Below are positions 47,537 to 57,831 of a stretch of 64,000 nt of DNA, piece by piece. The notes beneath the pieces were generated by a model. The model searched no databases. It was given only the letters and a program-made list of their open reading frames with translations, and was not told the DNA's origin. The stretch is from Patescibacteria group bacterium. Lineage in GTDB: Bacteria > Patescibacteriota > Patescibacteriia > JAHIZJ01. Position numbers and translations under genes: made by a program. Position 1 is the first letter of the stretch; the number at the start of each line of letters is the position of its first letter. The stretch covers positions 73,721 to 137,720 of the forward strand of contig JAQTMH010000001.1 of the NCBI GenBank assembly GCA_028714495.1. Reading direction: 5' to 3'.

Positions 47537-47790
47537 CTAGTGGGGCTTGCACCCACAACCACCGGTGCCACAGACCGGTGCTCTACTAATTGAGCTATAG
47601 TCACCCCAGACTCAACTTAATATTAATTTAACATTTTCAATATTAATGTGAACTTCTTATATCCTTGCTCGGCGTCGGGGCAAGCAGACCGATACTCCCT
47701 GCCCCGCATAGCGAGTTTGTGTGGGGTACTCCCTGCCCCGAACCCGAGCTTGTCCCGGACCTTGATCCGGGATGGTTCGGGGTGGCCACC
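47429..47790 (-). pseudogene. Decayed tRNA-His copy split around the intact tRNA-His
   Basis: 3' half at 47429-47489 (..GGCACCGG[palindrome]TTGTGGGTGCAAGTCCCACTGGCCACCCCA) and 5' half at 47688-47790 (GGTGGCCA..AGCTC..GAGTATCGGT), with matching acceptor strands. Confidence 0.78.
47529..47605 (-). tRNA. tRNA-His (GTG)
   Basis: G-1:C73, GTGACTA/TAGTCAC acceptor, CCGGT-CTGTGGC-ACCGG anticodon arm, CCA encoded. Confidence 0.95.
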
Positions 47791-47951
47791 CCTGAGCCAA
47801 CTTCCCATACTAATTTCAAAAATATCGTATCAAAAATTGCCTGTTTTGGCAAGATTAACTGATAACTAATAAAAAAATCGCCTGCTCTCTGAATGCAGAG
47901 CAGGCGTGCCAAGCGATTCACATCACTTGGCTTGGCTCGGGCGCCGGATCA

Positions 47952-48437
47952 TCAGCAGTTCATCTGGGCGCCGTATCGCGTCTCGTCGCCGGCGTTCTTC
48001 GTCATCGAAATGCTGGTCGGCAAGATGACGACGAGCACCGCTTCCAGCCGTAGGTTCTTCTCGTTCGCCATGTAGATCGCCGCGTCGTTGCAGCTCGCCG
48101 CGTCGATGCGGCTCGCCACTGCGTAGGTCGTCGACTCGTTGAGGTTGGAGGTGCTGGCGACGTCGTTGCTGAAGATGACATCGTGCCACACCTCTTCGAT
48201 TGCCAGCGCCGGCGGGATCGTCGAATTGGTCGTCCAATCGTAGGAAGAGCTGGCGACGCCGTTGTCGAAGACGACATCGTACTGCCCCTCCTCGACCATC
48301 GGCGACGGGATCGTGATCGCGATGTTGGCGTTGTCGGACGCGGACTGCGTCGGCAGGGCCTGGGCCGGGGAGACCGGAATCAGCAGAATGACGGCGAGAA
48401 CCAGAAAGAGCAGATGGAACGGAATCCGTCTAAGCAC
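47952..48437 (-). CDS. Secreted hypothetical protein with an internal repeat
   Basis: Signal peptide (..PAQA), AAGGAGG SD, YDVVFDNGVASSS / HDVIFSNDVASTS. Confidence 0.65.
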   Translation of the reverse strand: MLRRIPFHLLFLVLAVILLIPVSPAQALPTQSASDNANIAITIPSPMVEEGQYDVVFDNGVASSSYDWTTNSTIPPALAIEEVWHDVIFSNDVASTSNLNESTTYAVASRIDAASCNDAAIYMANEKNLRLEAVLVVILPTSISMTKNAGDETRYGAQMNC

Positions 48438-48667
48438 ATCGACCTCCTTGTGTTACGGGTTTTGGGTCTTGGGTCTGATGTCTTTACTAAGACGTTACAG
48501 CTGATAATATTATTAACATATAATTTTATAATTGTCAATGATTTGTATGTGGATAAATAGTTAGTTTCAATTATTTAAATAAAATCTCATTATTTATTAG
48601 ATTTGGCAGATTTTTTAAATTTTACGTCTACTTTCTTGACAAGAATTATGACTTGCTTTACGCTGTG

Positions 48668-48690
48668 TATGAAATATCATACTTTTCATA
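48668..48690. promoter_or_regulatory. Palindromic operator upstream of the AbrB-ABC operon
   Basis: TATGAAA-9 nt-TTTCATA, downstream of TTGACA at 48636. Confidence 0.55.
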
Positions 48691-48703
48691 TTTATCTAAA
48701 TAT

Positions 48704-48946
48704 ATGAATTTTCACGGCATTACTTATGGTCTAACCAAGGTTGGCAGCCGGGGACAAATCGTCATCCCGGCCAAGGCGAGAGCTGATTTAAAACTCAAAG
48801 AGGGTGATCAGCTGTTTGTTTTCGGCCGCCACCGGTTTATCGGCTTGGTCAAAAGCGAGGATATCCGAGATTTTGTCGATCATCTCACCAGTCAGATGAG
48901 CCAAGACAAGGAAGAATTGAAAAAATGGAAAAAATCATTGAAGTAA
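48704..48946 (+). CDS. AbrB/MazE/SpoVT family DNA-binding protein
   Basis: TKVGSRGQIVIPAKARADLKLKEGD. Confidence 0.9.
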   Translation: MNFHGITYGLTKVGSRGQIVIPAKARADLKLKEGDQLFVFGRHRFIGLVKSEDIRDFVDHLTSQMSQDKEELKKWKKSLK

Positions 48947-49734
48947 ACAATCTGGTCAAAGAGTTCAACGGCTTTCGGGCCGTGGACAATATTTCCTTTA
49001 GCGTGGCTAAAGGCGAGGTTTTTGGTTTCCTGGGACCGAATGGCGCGGGTAAATCAACCACCATCCGCATGCTGACCACCCTGATCCGGCCGACTTCCGG
49101 CCAAGCCAAGGTAGCTGGTTATGACATTGCCACGCAGGCGGCCAAAGTACGCGAGCAGATCGGTCTGGTCGCGGAAAAAATCATCCTTTACGACCGGCTC
49201 ACCGCCCTGGAAAACCTGATGTTTTTCGGCAGTCTCTACCACCTACCGAGAAAGGAAACCAAGGAACGGGCAATAAACTGGCTAAAAACCCTGGAAATGG
49301 AAAAATGGGCGAATAAATTAACCGGCACTTTTTCTACTGGCATGAAGCAGCGGGTAAACATCGCCCGGGCACTCTTAACCAAGCCCGAGGTAATGTTTCT
49401 GGACGAACCAACACTCGGCCTGGATCCTCAAACTTCCCGCTCCATTCGAGACTTTATTAAAGAACTCCATGCCCAAGGCGTGTCAGTTATTTTAACCACC
49501 CATATTATGCCGGAAGCGGACGAGCTTTCGGATACTATTGCCATCATTGATCGGGGTAAAATCATCGCGCTCGATACTCCGACCAACCTCAAAGCCCGCA
49601 TCCAGAAAGAAAAACCGACGCTCGAAGACGTCTTTCTCGAACTGACTGGTCACGATATGCGCGAAGAAACCCACGAGAACATTCCTTCAGCCCGGGGACG
49701 CCATTTCCTGGGTTCGAAATCAAGAATCAGATAA
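48925..49734 (+). CDS. ABC transporter ATP-binding protein (DrrA-like)
   Basis: GPNGAGKS, FSTGMKQR, LDEPT. Confidence 0.95.
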   Translation: MEKIIEVNNLVKEFNGFRAVDNISFSVAKGEVFGFLGPNGAGKSTTIRMLTTLIRPTSGQAKVAGYDIATQAAKVREQIGLVAEKIILYDRLTALENLMFFGSLYHLPRKETKERAINWLKTLEMEKWANKLTGTFSTGMKQRVNIARALLTKPEVMFLDEPTLGLDPQTSRSIRDFIKELHAQGVSVILTTHIMPEADELSDTIAIIDRGKIIALDTPTNLKARIQKEKPTLEDVFLELTGHDMREETHENIPSARGRHFLGSKSRIR

Positions 49735-49745
49735 TTTTGCCTATT

Positions 49746-50957
49746 ATGAAAATAATTTTTCAAATCATCAGTGATAGCATCCGAATGGCCCGCAAAGATC
49801 TGCTCGATTTTTCCCGCGACCGGATGCAGCTCGTCTTCTTCATAATCATGCCGATTTTTATGATGATTATGACCGGTTTTATCTTTCCCACGGAGAATTC
49901 TCTGAAAAATATTCCACTGGGCATTGCTAATCAAGATACTGGCCAGCTGAGTCAAACTTTGACTCAGGTTCTAACCGATCTAAAAACCTCGGATAATAAT
50001 CAGGTGTTTGAAATAAAAACCTACGCTGATTCGAACGCCATCAAAGACGCAATCAAAGCGCAAAAAATAAATGGCGGCCTGTATATTGCTTCAGACTTTT
50101 CCCAGATGATCCAGCGGGGTCAGCCAGCCGAAGTCAGCATTATTCCAGACCAGTCAAATCCTCAAATCTCGCAGATTCTAACCCAGCTGCTCCAGCAAGT
50201 AATCGCCGGGACTTCCACAAATGTCGCTCAGGCCAAAGTGGGTGAGATAATTAAGCTGACAGCCATTGCCAACCCACAATTATCTCAAGCCGATCCCGCG
50301 GCCATCATCCAGCCAATCCAGTCAACAATCGATAATCTCATTCCAGGCAAACCAAACTATTTTCAATTTGTCGCGCCCGGTATCATGGCGCTCATTGTCA
50401 TGATGTCGGTCATGACCGGGCTGGCCGTGTCCGTGACCCGCGAACGCGAAGCTGGCACGCTCGACGGTTTGCTGATTGCCCCAGTCTCGAGGCTAGCAAT
50501 TATTCTTGGCAAGGCATTTTCCCAGACGGTTCGCGGCCTAGTCCAGGGCATGGTCGTCTTGCTTCTGGCTATTCTGATTTTTGGCGTGCATGTTTATGGC
50601 AACTGGCTAATCATGATCGTGTTGATGATCCTCGGCGTGTTCGCTTTTATGGGCATTGGCATCCTTGTCTCAGCCGTCGCCTCAGCCCAAGAATCAGCCA
50701 TGACCATTATGATGACTTTTCAATTCCCAATGATGTTTTTATCCGGCACATTTTTTCCGATTCAGCAAATGCCCCAGGTAATGCAATATATTTCAAAAGC
50801 CATTCCCCTAACCTATGAGGCAAGCGCTCTCCGTAAAGTAATCGTCCTGGGCGCGGGCTTTAACGCGGTTTGGACTGAAACATTAATTCTGTTTGTTTTC
50901 GGAGCGATTATGCTGGCTATTGCCGTGCCGACTTTTCGCCGGGTGATCACCCGGTAA
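49746..50957 (+). CDS. ABC-2 type permease
   Basis: FVAPG, REREAGTL, FLSGTFFP. Confidence 0.93.
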   Translation: MKIIFQIISDSIRMARKDLLDFSRDRMQLVFFIIMPIFMMIMTGFIFPTENSLKNIPLGIANQDTGQLSQTLTQVLTDLKTSDNNQVFEIKTYADSNAIKDAIKAQKINGGLYIASDFSQMIQRGQPAEVSIIPDQSNPQISQILTQLLQQVIAGTSTNVAQAKVGEIIKLTAIANPQLSQADPAAIIQPIQSTIDNLIPGKPNYFQFVAPGIMALIVMMSVMTGLAVSVTREREAGTLDGLLIAPVSRLAIILGKAFSQTVRGLVQGMVVLLLAILIFGVHVYGNWLIMIVLMILGVFAFMGIGILVSAVASAQESAMTIMMTFQFPMMFLSGTFFPIQQMPQVMQYISKAIPLTYEASALRKVIVLGAGFNAVWTETLILFVFGAIMLAIAVPTFRRVITR

Positions 50958-51209
50958 GGAGCGACCGCCAAAAACTTTCAGCAATACAATATTTCTCTAA
51001 GATACCCCAAGCCAGGGTATTTTTTATAAAAGAATTCACGCTATATTCATACGCGGGTGCTAGAGTGGTTGTGTGAAAATACACAGGTTCATGAAACAAA
51101 TGAATTGGGCCTTTTGCTAGCGATACCACGCGCTGATATGAAAAACATGCCAGTTTCGCCAGTCGCGGGCGAGCCTCGCTCAACTATTTAAACTATTTGA
51201 ATAACCATC

Positions 51210-52658
51210 ATGAAAAAAAGAAGAATTATCATTTTAATCGTAATTATTCTGCTAATCGGCGCCGGATCTTACTACTATTTCCGGCTCCATAAAAAAACAG
51301 CCGCTGTGACTTACCAAACTGGCGAGGTAACAAAAGGCACGCTCGTGTCAACCGTGACCGGCAGCGGAAATATCACTGTTTCTGCGAGCGCCGATGTCAG
51401 CCCGAATATTTCCGGTACAGTGGCGGATCTGAAAGCCAACGTCGGTGACCAGGTAAAAGCCGGCCAAACGCTATTTGCCATAACCAACGCTGATCTGGAT
51501 GTTTCAGTCAGCAAAGCCTATACCGCGCTGCTCCAGGCGAAACAAAAATTGACCCAGGCCCAATCCGATCTGACCACTGCCAACCAGAATTATTCGGATT
51601 TGAAGGAAAACGCGGCGGCCCAGGCTCAACTTGCCTATGACCAAGCCCAACAAAATCTCGCTCAGGCAAAATACCAGCTCGAACTGGACCAGGATACCCT
51701 GGATAAATATGCAGACGAAAACGAAAAAACAGCTGGGACCCATACGGCTGTTGAAATAAATCTGATCAAGCAAAAAATAGTTGTTGATAAAACGACAATC
51801 ACCTCAAAAGAAAGTGACGTTGTTTCCGCGAAAACGGACCTGGCTGAAGCAAAAGCTGGAACCAGCCCGGAAATCACGACTGCTAAATCACAAGTTGAAT
51901 CCACCCAGATCAGCGTACAAGCGACTGAAAACGATGTGAAATCAGCTGAATTAGACTATGAGAATCAAAAAGAAACGGCCAATGAGCGTACGGTCAGCGC
52001 GCCGATTGACGGCACAGTGACCGCTGTGAATGTGGCCAATGGCGATGAATTGGGCAACAGCGGATCGAGTTCGGCTTCAAGCTCAAGCAGCGGGAGCGCG
52101 GCCATTGTTATCCAGGACTTGAACAGCTTAAAGGCGATCGTGTCCATAAACGAAGTGGACATCGCATCAATCAAAGTCGACCAAAAGGCCAGCATGACCT
52201 TCGACGCGGTCAGCGATCTGACTCTGACCGGAAAAGTGGAAAAAGTGGACACCGTCGGGACATCGGAGCAGGGCGTGGTAACCTATTCCGCGACGATCGG
52301 TTTTGACGCGCTGGACAGTAAAATAAAACCGGAAATGAGCGTCAACGCCACGATTACCACGGACGTGAAACAAGACGCTCTGATTGTTTCTTCCAGCGCC
52401 GTAAAAACCCAGGGCGAGGCATATTATGTCGAGATTCTAGAAAATGGGGCTCCGGTTCAGCGAACCGTGGAAATCGGCGTATCAAACGACACCCAAACGG
52501 AAATCATCTCGGGTCTATCAGAAGGTGATTCGGTCGTGACTCAAACCATTACCGCTGATCAAACATCAACCGCCTCCAGTACCAATTCCTCAAATAACAG
52601 CCGGAGCGAACAGGGTTTTGGCGAGGGTCTCGTCGGAGGCCCGGGAGGAATGTTCTAA
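51210..52658 (+). CDS. Efflux membrane-fusion (MacA-like) protein
   Basis: TM anchor, coiled coil, APIDGTV, INEVDI..IKVDQ, EIISGL. Confidence 0.92.
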   Translation: MKKRRIIILIVIILLIGAGSYYYFRLHKKTAAVTYQTGEVTKGTLVSTVTGSGNITVSASADVSPNISGTVADLKANVGDQVKAGQTLFAITNADLDVSVSKAYTALLQAKQKLTQAQSDLTTANQNYSDLKENAAAQAQLAYDQAQQNLAQAKYQLELDQDTLDKYADENEKTAGTHTAVEINLIKQKIVVDKTTITSKESDVVSAKTDLAEAKAGTSPEITTAKSQVESTQISVQATENDVKSAELDYENQKETANERTVSAPIDGTVTAVNVANGDELGNSGSSSASSSSSGSAAIVIQDLNSLKAIVSINEVDIASIKVDQKASMTFDAVSDLTLTGKVEKVDTVGTSEQGVVTYSATIGFDALDSKIKPEMSVNATITTDVKQDALIVSSSAVKTQGEAYYVEILENGAPVQRTVEIGVSNDTQTEIISGLSEGDSVVTQTITADQTSTASSTNSSNNSRSEQGFGEGLVGGPGGMF

Positions 52659-52684
52659 CCGTTTAATCGAAAAGACTAGCGACT

Positions 52685-53410
52685 ATGAAACCAATTATTG
52701 CCTGCGCAAACATTGTCAAAACATTCGTCAACGGCGATGTAAAAACAACCGTCTTGAAAGGTCTTAGTTTTACTGTGTTTCCAGGCGAATTTCTGGCCAT
52801 CACCGGACCGTCTGGCTCAGGCAAATCAACTCTCATGCATATCTTGGGCGTGCTTGATTCGCCGACCAGCGGCCAGTATCAATTAGAACAGAATGATGTG
52901 TCAAAAATGACCGACAATCAACTGGCTGAAATCCGGAGCAAGCGCATCGGCTTTGTGTTTCAAGCCTTCAATCTGCTACCGAGGATTTCGGTCCTGCGCA
53001 ATGTGGAACTGCCTTTGATGTATGCTGGCGTGCCGCGGGCTAAACGACCGTCGATTACCCATCGAGCGCTGCAGAAAGCCGGGATCGACGACCCGACTCA
53101 TTATCACAAACGCTCGAACCAGCTTTCCGGCGGACAAATCCAGCGGGTGGCGATTGCCCGAGCCCTGGTTAATGATCCGGCCATTCTCTTGGCTGATGAG
53201 CCGACCGGCAATCTCGATCAAAAAACCGGCCAAGTTGTTCTGGAAACATTCCAAAAGCTGAATGATAGCGGTCGGACCATAATCTTAATTACCCACGATC
53301 AATATGTCGCCGAACACGCCACTCGGATAATTAAATTGAGAGATGGCTGCATTATCGAGGATTCAGCCAATAAACGCTCGGCTGAAGAAAGGATTAAAAC
53401 ACGACTATGA
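52685..53410 (+). CDS. MacB-type ABC ATP-binding protein
   Basis: [32 protein letters not shown]. Confidence 0.95.
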   Translation: MKPIIACANIVKTFVNGDVKTTVLKGLSFTVFPGEFLAITGPSGSGKSTLMHILGVLDSPTSGQYQLEQNDVSKMTDNQLAEIRSKRIGFVFQAFNLLPRISVLRNVELPLMYAGVPRAKRPSITHRALQKAGIDDPTHYHKRSNQLSGGQIQRVAIARALVNDPAILLADEPTGNLDQKTGQVVLETFQKLNDSGRTIILITHDQYVAEHATRIIKLRDGCIIEDSANKRSAEERIKTRL

Positions 53411-54627
53411 TACTCGCAGATTTATTTTCCGAAACATATTCTAATTTATTCGGCAACAAGGTCCGCTCCGGTCTGACGATGCTCGGCATTGTTATCGGCA
53501 TCAGTTCGGTTATTGCCTTAGTTGGCGTCGGACAAGGTGCGACTCAACAAGTAACTTCCAGTATTACTTCCTTAGGCTCCAATTTGATAATGATTTCGCC
53601 CGGCGCCTCCCGCAATGCCGGACCAGTCAGCGGCGGCGCCGGCAGCGCGACCACGCTCACAATGGATGACGCTGAGGCGCTAAAAGAGCAGATGACCTAT
53701 GCCAAGGCGATTTCCACGGAATTAAGCCGGCGCTATCAAGTTACCTACAAAGGCAGCAATACCAACGCCCAGGTCATTGGTACCGAAACGACCTATCCGA
53801 CAATCCGGAATGTCTCGCTCGCTTCAGGTTCATTTATCACCGACCAACAAATCCAGACCTACGCCAAGGTGGCGGTGATCGGGCCGAGTATCCGGGATGA
53901 ACTTATTGGCGAGAACGCAGATCCGATCGGCCTGACGATTAAAATCAATAAAATTCAGTTTAAGGTTATCGGGGTTACCGCAACGAAGGGCGGCTCAGAA
54001 ATTAATACTTCCGATAACTCAATCTATGTCCCAATCAGTACGGCCCAGCGATTTTTAGCCGGCAAGAGCTCAATCAGTAGCATTGATATACAGGCGATTG
54101 ATGAAAAGAGTGTCGACGCCGCCCAGCAAGAAGCGACTAATATTCTATTGGAGCGTCATGATATCTCTGATGCCGCCTCAGCTGATTTCCGTGTTCAAAA
54201 TCAGGCTGACATCGTCTCAAGCTTAACCAGCACAACCAGCACCCTAACGCTTTTATTGGGCGCCATTGCCGGCATTTCATTGATAGTGGGCGGAATCGGT
54301 ATCATGAACATGATGCTGACCACGGTCACTGAACGAACCAAGGAAATTGGCTTGCGCAAGGCGATCGGCGCCAAGAGTCGCGACATCAGTCTACAATTTC
54401 TGACTGAAGCGACGATGATTACATTTATTGGCGGTCTTTTTGGTGTCTTACTCGGTTGGGCAATTGCCACGATTATGACAAAAACCGGCTTGATGACAGC
54501 CATGGTCACCTGGCCTTCGGTCTTGCTGGCCTTTGGCGTGGCCGCCTCAGTCGGAATTGTCTTCGGTTTTTACCCGGCCCAACGCGCGGCTAAGCTTCGG
54601 CCGATCGATGCCTTAAAATATGAATAA
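53407..54627 (+). CDS. MacB/FtsX-type ABC permease
   Basis: RSGLTMLGIVIG, GGIGIMNMM..VTERTKEIGLRKAIGA. Confidence 0.95.
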   Translation: MILADLFSETYSNLFGNKVRSGLTMLGIVIGISSVIALVGVGQGATQQVTSSITSLGSNLIMISPGASRNAGPVSGGAGSATTLTMDDAEALKEQMTYAKAISTELSRRYQVTYKGSNTNAQVIGTETTYPTIRNVSLASGSFITDQQIQTYAKVAVIGPSIRDELIGENADPIGLTIKINKIQFKVIGVTATKGGSEINTSDNSIYVPISTAQRFLAGKSSISSIDIQAIDEKSVDAAQQEATNILLERHDISDAASADFRVQNQADIVSSLTSTTSTLTLLLGAIAGISLIVGGIGIMNMMLTTVTERTKEIGLRKAIGAKSRDISLQFLTEATMITFIGGLFGVLLGWAIATIMTKTGLMTAMVTWPSVLLAFGVAASVGIVFGFYPAQRAAKLRPIDALKYE

Positions 54628-54645
54628 GATAATTAATAATCTTCT

Positions 54646-55149
54646 ATGAAAAAAAACTACCTTATCACAATCATTGCCGTCATCGTGTTTGGCGCGGGCG
54701 GTTTCTTCGGCGGCCTGACTTATCAGAAAAGCCAGGACTCGCTGGCCGGACTCACTGGCCAAGACTTAACTAATAAAATGCAAAGTCTCGGCCTATCGAG
54801 TGGCGGATTTGGCGCCGGGCGGAATGTCAATGGAAGCATTTCTACTCCTAACGATCGAAATTCCCCCGACGGAACCAGTGGCCGGCAATTCGGCGGAGGC
54901 GGCATGATAAACGGTGAGATCGTCAGCCTGGACAGCCAAAGTATCACCGTAAAACAACAAGACGGCAGCACAAAAACCGTGTATTTCTCCACCTCGACTG
55001 AAATCAATAAAACTGCCACTGGCTCGACCAGCGACTTAGCGGTCGGCACTACGGTTATGGCTAATGGCACCAGCAACACTGATGGCAGTATTACAGCTCA
55101 AAATATCCAATTGAATCCGGCTGAGATTGGCAGTTCGCCGACACTCTAA
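54646..55149 (+). CDS. Membrane-anchored DUF5666-like protein
   Basis: GGFFGG TM segment, GEIVSLD..ITV..DGSTKTV..DL.VG..V..G..NTDGSITA. Confidence 0.75.
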   Translation: MKKNYLITIIAVIVFGAGGFFGGLTYQKSQDSLAGLTGQDLTNKMQSLGLSSGGFGAGRNVNGSISTPNDRNSPDGTSGRQFGGGGMINGEIVSLDSQSITVKQQDGSTKTVYFSTSTEINKTATGSTSDLAVGTTVMANGTSNTDGSITAQNIQLNPAEIGSSPTL

Positions 55150-55219
55150 TTGACTCCGTTAACCTCTGCCTTAACAGATGATTTGCCATCTCAGCTGTTA
55201 ATCGCTAAGATATGAGCAT

Positions 55220-55888
55220 ATGAAAATATTAGTCGTTGAAGATGAAGAATCAATCCGCGAGGTGATAAAAAAATATCTCCAGCTCGCGGGTTTTGACGTG
55301 CTTGAAGCGGCCAGTGGCGAGGTGGCGCTTTTGAAATTTAATGACTCAGTTGATTTGGTCATACTCGACCTCAACCTGCCAAATCGAGACGGTCTTGAAG
55401 TCTGCCGCGGCTTGCGCAAAAAATCCCAGGTCCCGATCATCATGGTCACCGCCCGGACTGAGGAGATTGACGAGCTTAAAGGGCTGGCCATCGGCGCCGA
55501 TGATTATATAAAGAAACCCTTCTCGCCAAAAGTCTTGCTAGCCAGGGTTCAATCAATCCTGCGCCGTTCATCGGTTGAAACGGCAAATAGGCCTAGCCTG
55601 ATTATTAACAAGGAAAAAATGACGGCGCGCAAAGATGGCAAGGATGTCCCGCTGACTACGACGCAGTTTAAAATATTACAGACGTTGGCCGGTCAGCCGG
55701 GAAAAGTCTTCACGCGCGGAGATTTACTGTCAGCAATCGACGGAGGCGGTCAGTCAAAATCCGCCATGGAGCGCACCATCGACGCCCATATAAAATCTAT
55801 CAGAAAACTAATCGGCGACGACTCATATAACCCAAAATTCATTAAGACAATAATTGGTACCGGTTATAAATATACCGATGAAACTTAA
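55220..55888 (+). CDS. OmpR-family response regulator
   Basis: LVVEDE, ILDLNLP, GADDYIKKPF, wHTH tail TIIGTGY. Confidence 0.96.
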   Translation: MKILVVEDEESIREVIKKYLQLAGFDVLEAASGEVALLKFNDSVDLVILDLNLPNRDGLEVCRGLRKKSQVPIIMVTARTEEIDELKGLAIGADDYIKKPFSPKVLLARVQSILRRSSVETANRPSLIINKEKMTARKDGKDVPLTTTQFKILQTLAGQPGKVFTRGDLLSAIDGGGQSKSAMERTIDAHIKSIRKLIGDDSYNPKFIKTIIGTGYKYTDET

Positions 55889-57023
55889 CAAGCATTTCAA
55901 TAAAATCGGAGTTAAAGTCGCCTTGATCATTATCGGACTGCTGGCCGGCTTGTTTGTTTTATTGAATTTTCTGGCGGTGGATCGGGGCGAGCGAGCTTTC
56001 CATGATGTCTACCGAATCATCGTCGACCGGGGTGGAGTGCCAGCCTATGACGCGCCGTTAATTGGGCCATTCAATGATCAAGGTTTTCCTGGCCGCCCCT
56101 TTAACGGTCAACAGGAGATGACCCCGCCTGAGCATTTCAAAAACAAATTCCAGTTATCACTATTGCTGATCGGCTTGATCGCCCTGCTCGGCGCAGTCGG
56201 CATCGCTTTTCTAATCTCTAAAATAATCACCCGCCCGCTTAATAAACTAGGAACGGGCTTAAAAAAACTGCGAGCGAGCCATTACAAGCTCCGGCTCGAT
56301 GAAAATAACTCTGAGGAATTCAATACCCTAATCAAGGAATTCAACGGTCTAGCGGCCGAGCTTGAGCGAGCCGAGGAATTGAGAAAAAACTTAATCTCTG
56401 ACACCTCGCACGAATTGAAAACTCCGCTGGCCAGCCTCGTCGCTCAGCTGGAGGGCATCGAGGATGGCGTGCTTACTTTCGATCAGGAACGCGTTAAACT
56501 TCTGCGCGAGCAGGTAGTCCGGTTATATGAATTGACCGAAGGCCTGCAGGATTACGCCAGCCTGCGCAGTCACTTTATCAAACCGCAATTCAAAAACTTG
56601 CGACTCAAAGAAGTTTTGGATAAAATCATGGAACAGTTTAAAGATCAGCTGGCCGATAAAAAGATCACGGTGCGAGTGAATATATCTGATGACTACGCTT
56701 TGACCGCCGACCCCTCGCTACTGACCAGGGTGTTTACCAATCTTCTTGACAACGCCATCCGCTATTCTCAGGCTAAAAACATTACGATCGCGGCGACCAA
56801 GGAACAAATCACTATCGCCGATGACGGCGTCGGTATCCCAGAACAACATTTGCAGGATATCTTTGAGAGATTCTTCCGCCTGGAAAAATCCCGCAATCGC
56901 AAAACTGGCGGGCTGGGACTGGGGTTGGCCATCATCCGCGAGATCATCGAATCGCACGGCTGGAAAATACACGCCCGGATTCCCGAAAACAACCAGGGCG
57001 TTGAATTTGTCATCGATTTATAA
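55878..57023 (+). CDS. Sensor histidine kinase (HAMP, BaeS-like)
   Basis: SHELKTPL, NLLDNAIRY, DDGVGI, GGLGLGL. Confidence 0.96.
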   Translation: MKLNKHFNKIGVKVALIIIGLLAGLFVLLNFLAVDRGERAFHDVYRIIVDRGGVPAYDAPLIGPFNDQGFPGRPFNGQQEMTPPEHFKNKFQLSLLLIGLIALLGAVGIAFLISKIITRPLNKLGTGLKKLRASHYKLRLDENNSEEFNTLIKEFNGLAAELERAEELRKNLISDTSHELKTPLASLVAQLEGIEDGVLTFDQERVKLLREQVVRLYELTEGLQDYASLRSHFIKPQFKNLRLKEVLDKIMEQFKDQLADKKITVRVNISDDYALTADPSLLTRVFTNLLDNAIRYSQAKNITIAATKEQITIADDGVGIPEQHLQDIFERFFRLEKSRNRKTGGLGLGLAIIREIIESHGWKIHARIPENNQGVEFVIDL

Positions 57024-57044
57024 CACTAATACCAAGAAAATAGC

Positions 57045-57749
57045 ATGAAAAAAGTTTATCTTGTGTTTTTAGTGATATTAATCGTTACCGTCGGTGGCGT
57101 TTATTTATTGATCAGCTTAATCACTCGGACCAATCCGAAAAATAATAACCAGGCTCAACCGGTAAATAGCAATAGTCAGGCAGTTCAAAATACCGCCGAT
57201 AACAACCAGGTCAGCGTCAATCAGCCGGTAAATCAAGCCGTCAGTCCCTTTCAGCCGCCATTGACTAAATCCGGTGAACGAATCACGAAAAAACCTTTCG
57301 GGATCTACATTACTCCCCAAAATTCACCGGTCCAACCGGAAAAATTCCAGGGCTATCATACTGGAGCTGATTTTGAAATATTTCCGGACGAACTTACAGC
57401 CGACGTGGCTGTCAAGGCAGTATGTTCAGGAGTATTGAAGGTGAAAGAATACGCCAGCGGCTACGGCGGGGTAGCAGTTGAAACATGCCAATTGGATAAT
57501 GAGCAAATCACCGTCATTTATGGACATTTAAAACTCGCCAGTATCCAGTATAAGGCGGGCGACAGTATCAACGTTGGCGATCAGCTCGGCCTTCTAGGCG
57601 CAGACAAAAGCGTCGAAACTGACGGCGAGCGAAAACATTTGCATCTGGGGTTTCATAAGGGTTCGGCGATAAACCTGCTCGGTTATGTAAATACGCAAGC
57701 CGGACTGGCTGATTGGATTGATCCTTGCCTTTACATCTGCCACGACTAA
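57045..57749 (+). CDS. M23 family peptidase
   Basis: YHTGAD, YGHL, HLHLG. Confidence 0.9.
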   Translation: MKKVYLVFLVILIVTVGGVYLLISLITRTNPKNNNQAQPVNSNSQAVQNTADNNQVSVNQPVNQAVSPFQPPLTKSGERITKKPFGIYITPQNSPVQPEKFQGYHTGADFEIFPDELTADVAVKAVCSGVLKVKEYASGYGGVAVETCQLDNEQITVIYGHLKLASIQYKAGDSINVGDQLGLLGADKSVETDGERKHLHLGFHKGSAINLLGYVNTQAGLADWIDPCLYICHD

Positions 57750-57774
57750 ATGCGTCCGTAGTAAATTCACATAC

Positions 57775-57804
57775 AAAAAACCATCCGCGAAGGGATGGCT
57801 TTTT
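57775..57804. terminator. Bidirectional terminator
   Basis: aaaaaaccatcc-gcgaag-ggatggcttttt. Confidence 0.65.
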
Positions 57805-57831
57805 GTATTACGTTATCTTGAAGGAATTATT

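Noticed and set aside
47623-47921. Several 60-90-aa ORFs over the tRNA-His flank (likewise 19723-20115)
   Set aside because: They are translations of GC-rich palindromes and tRNA relics.
51061-51190. Weak IR (TAGAGTGGTTG / CAACTATTTA) upstream of the macA-like gene as a MITE
   Set aside because: The IR is short and imperfect, with no second copy in the window.
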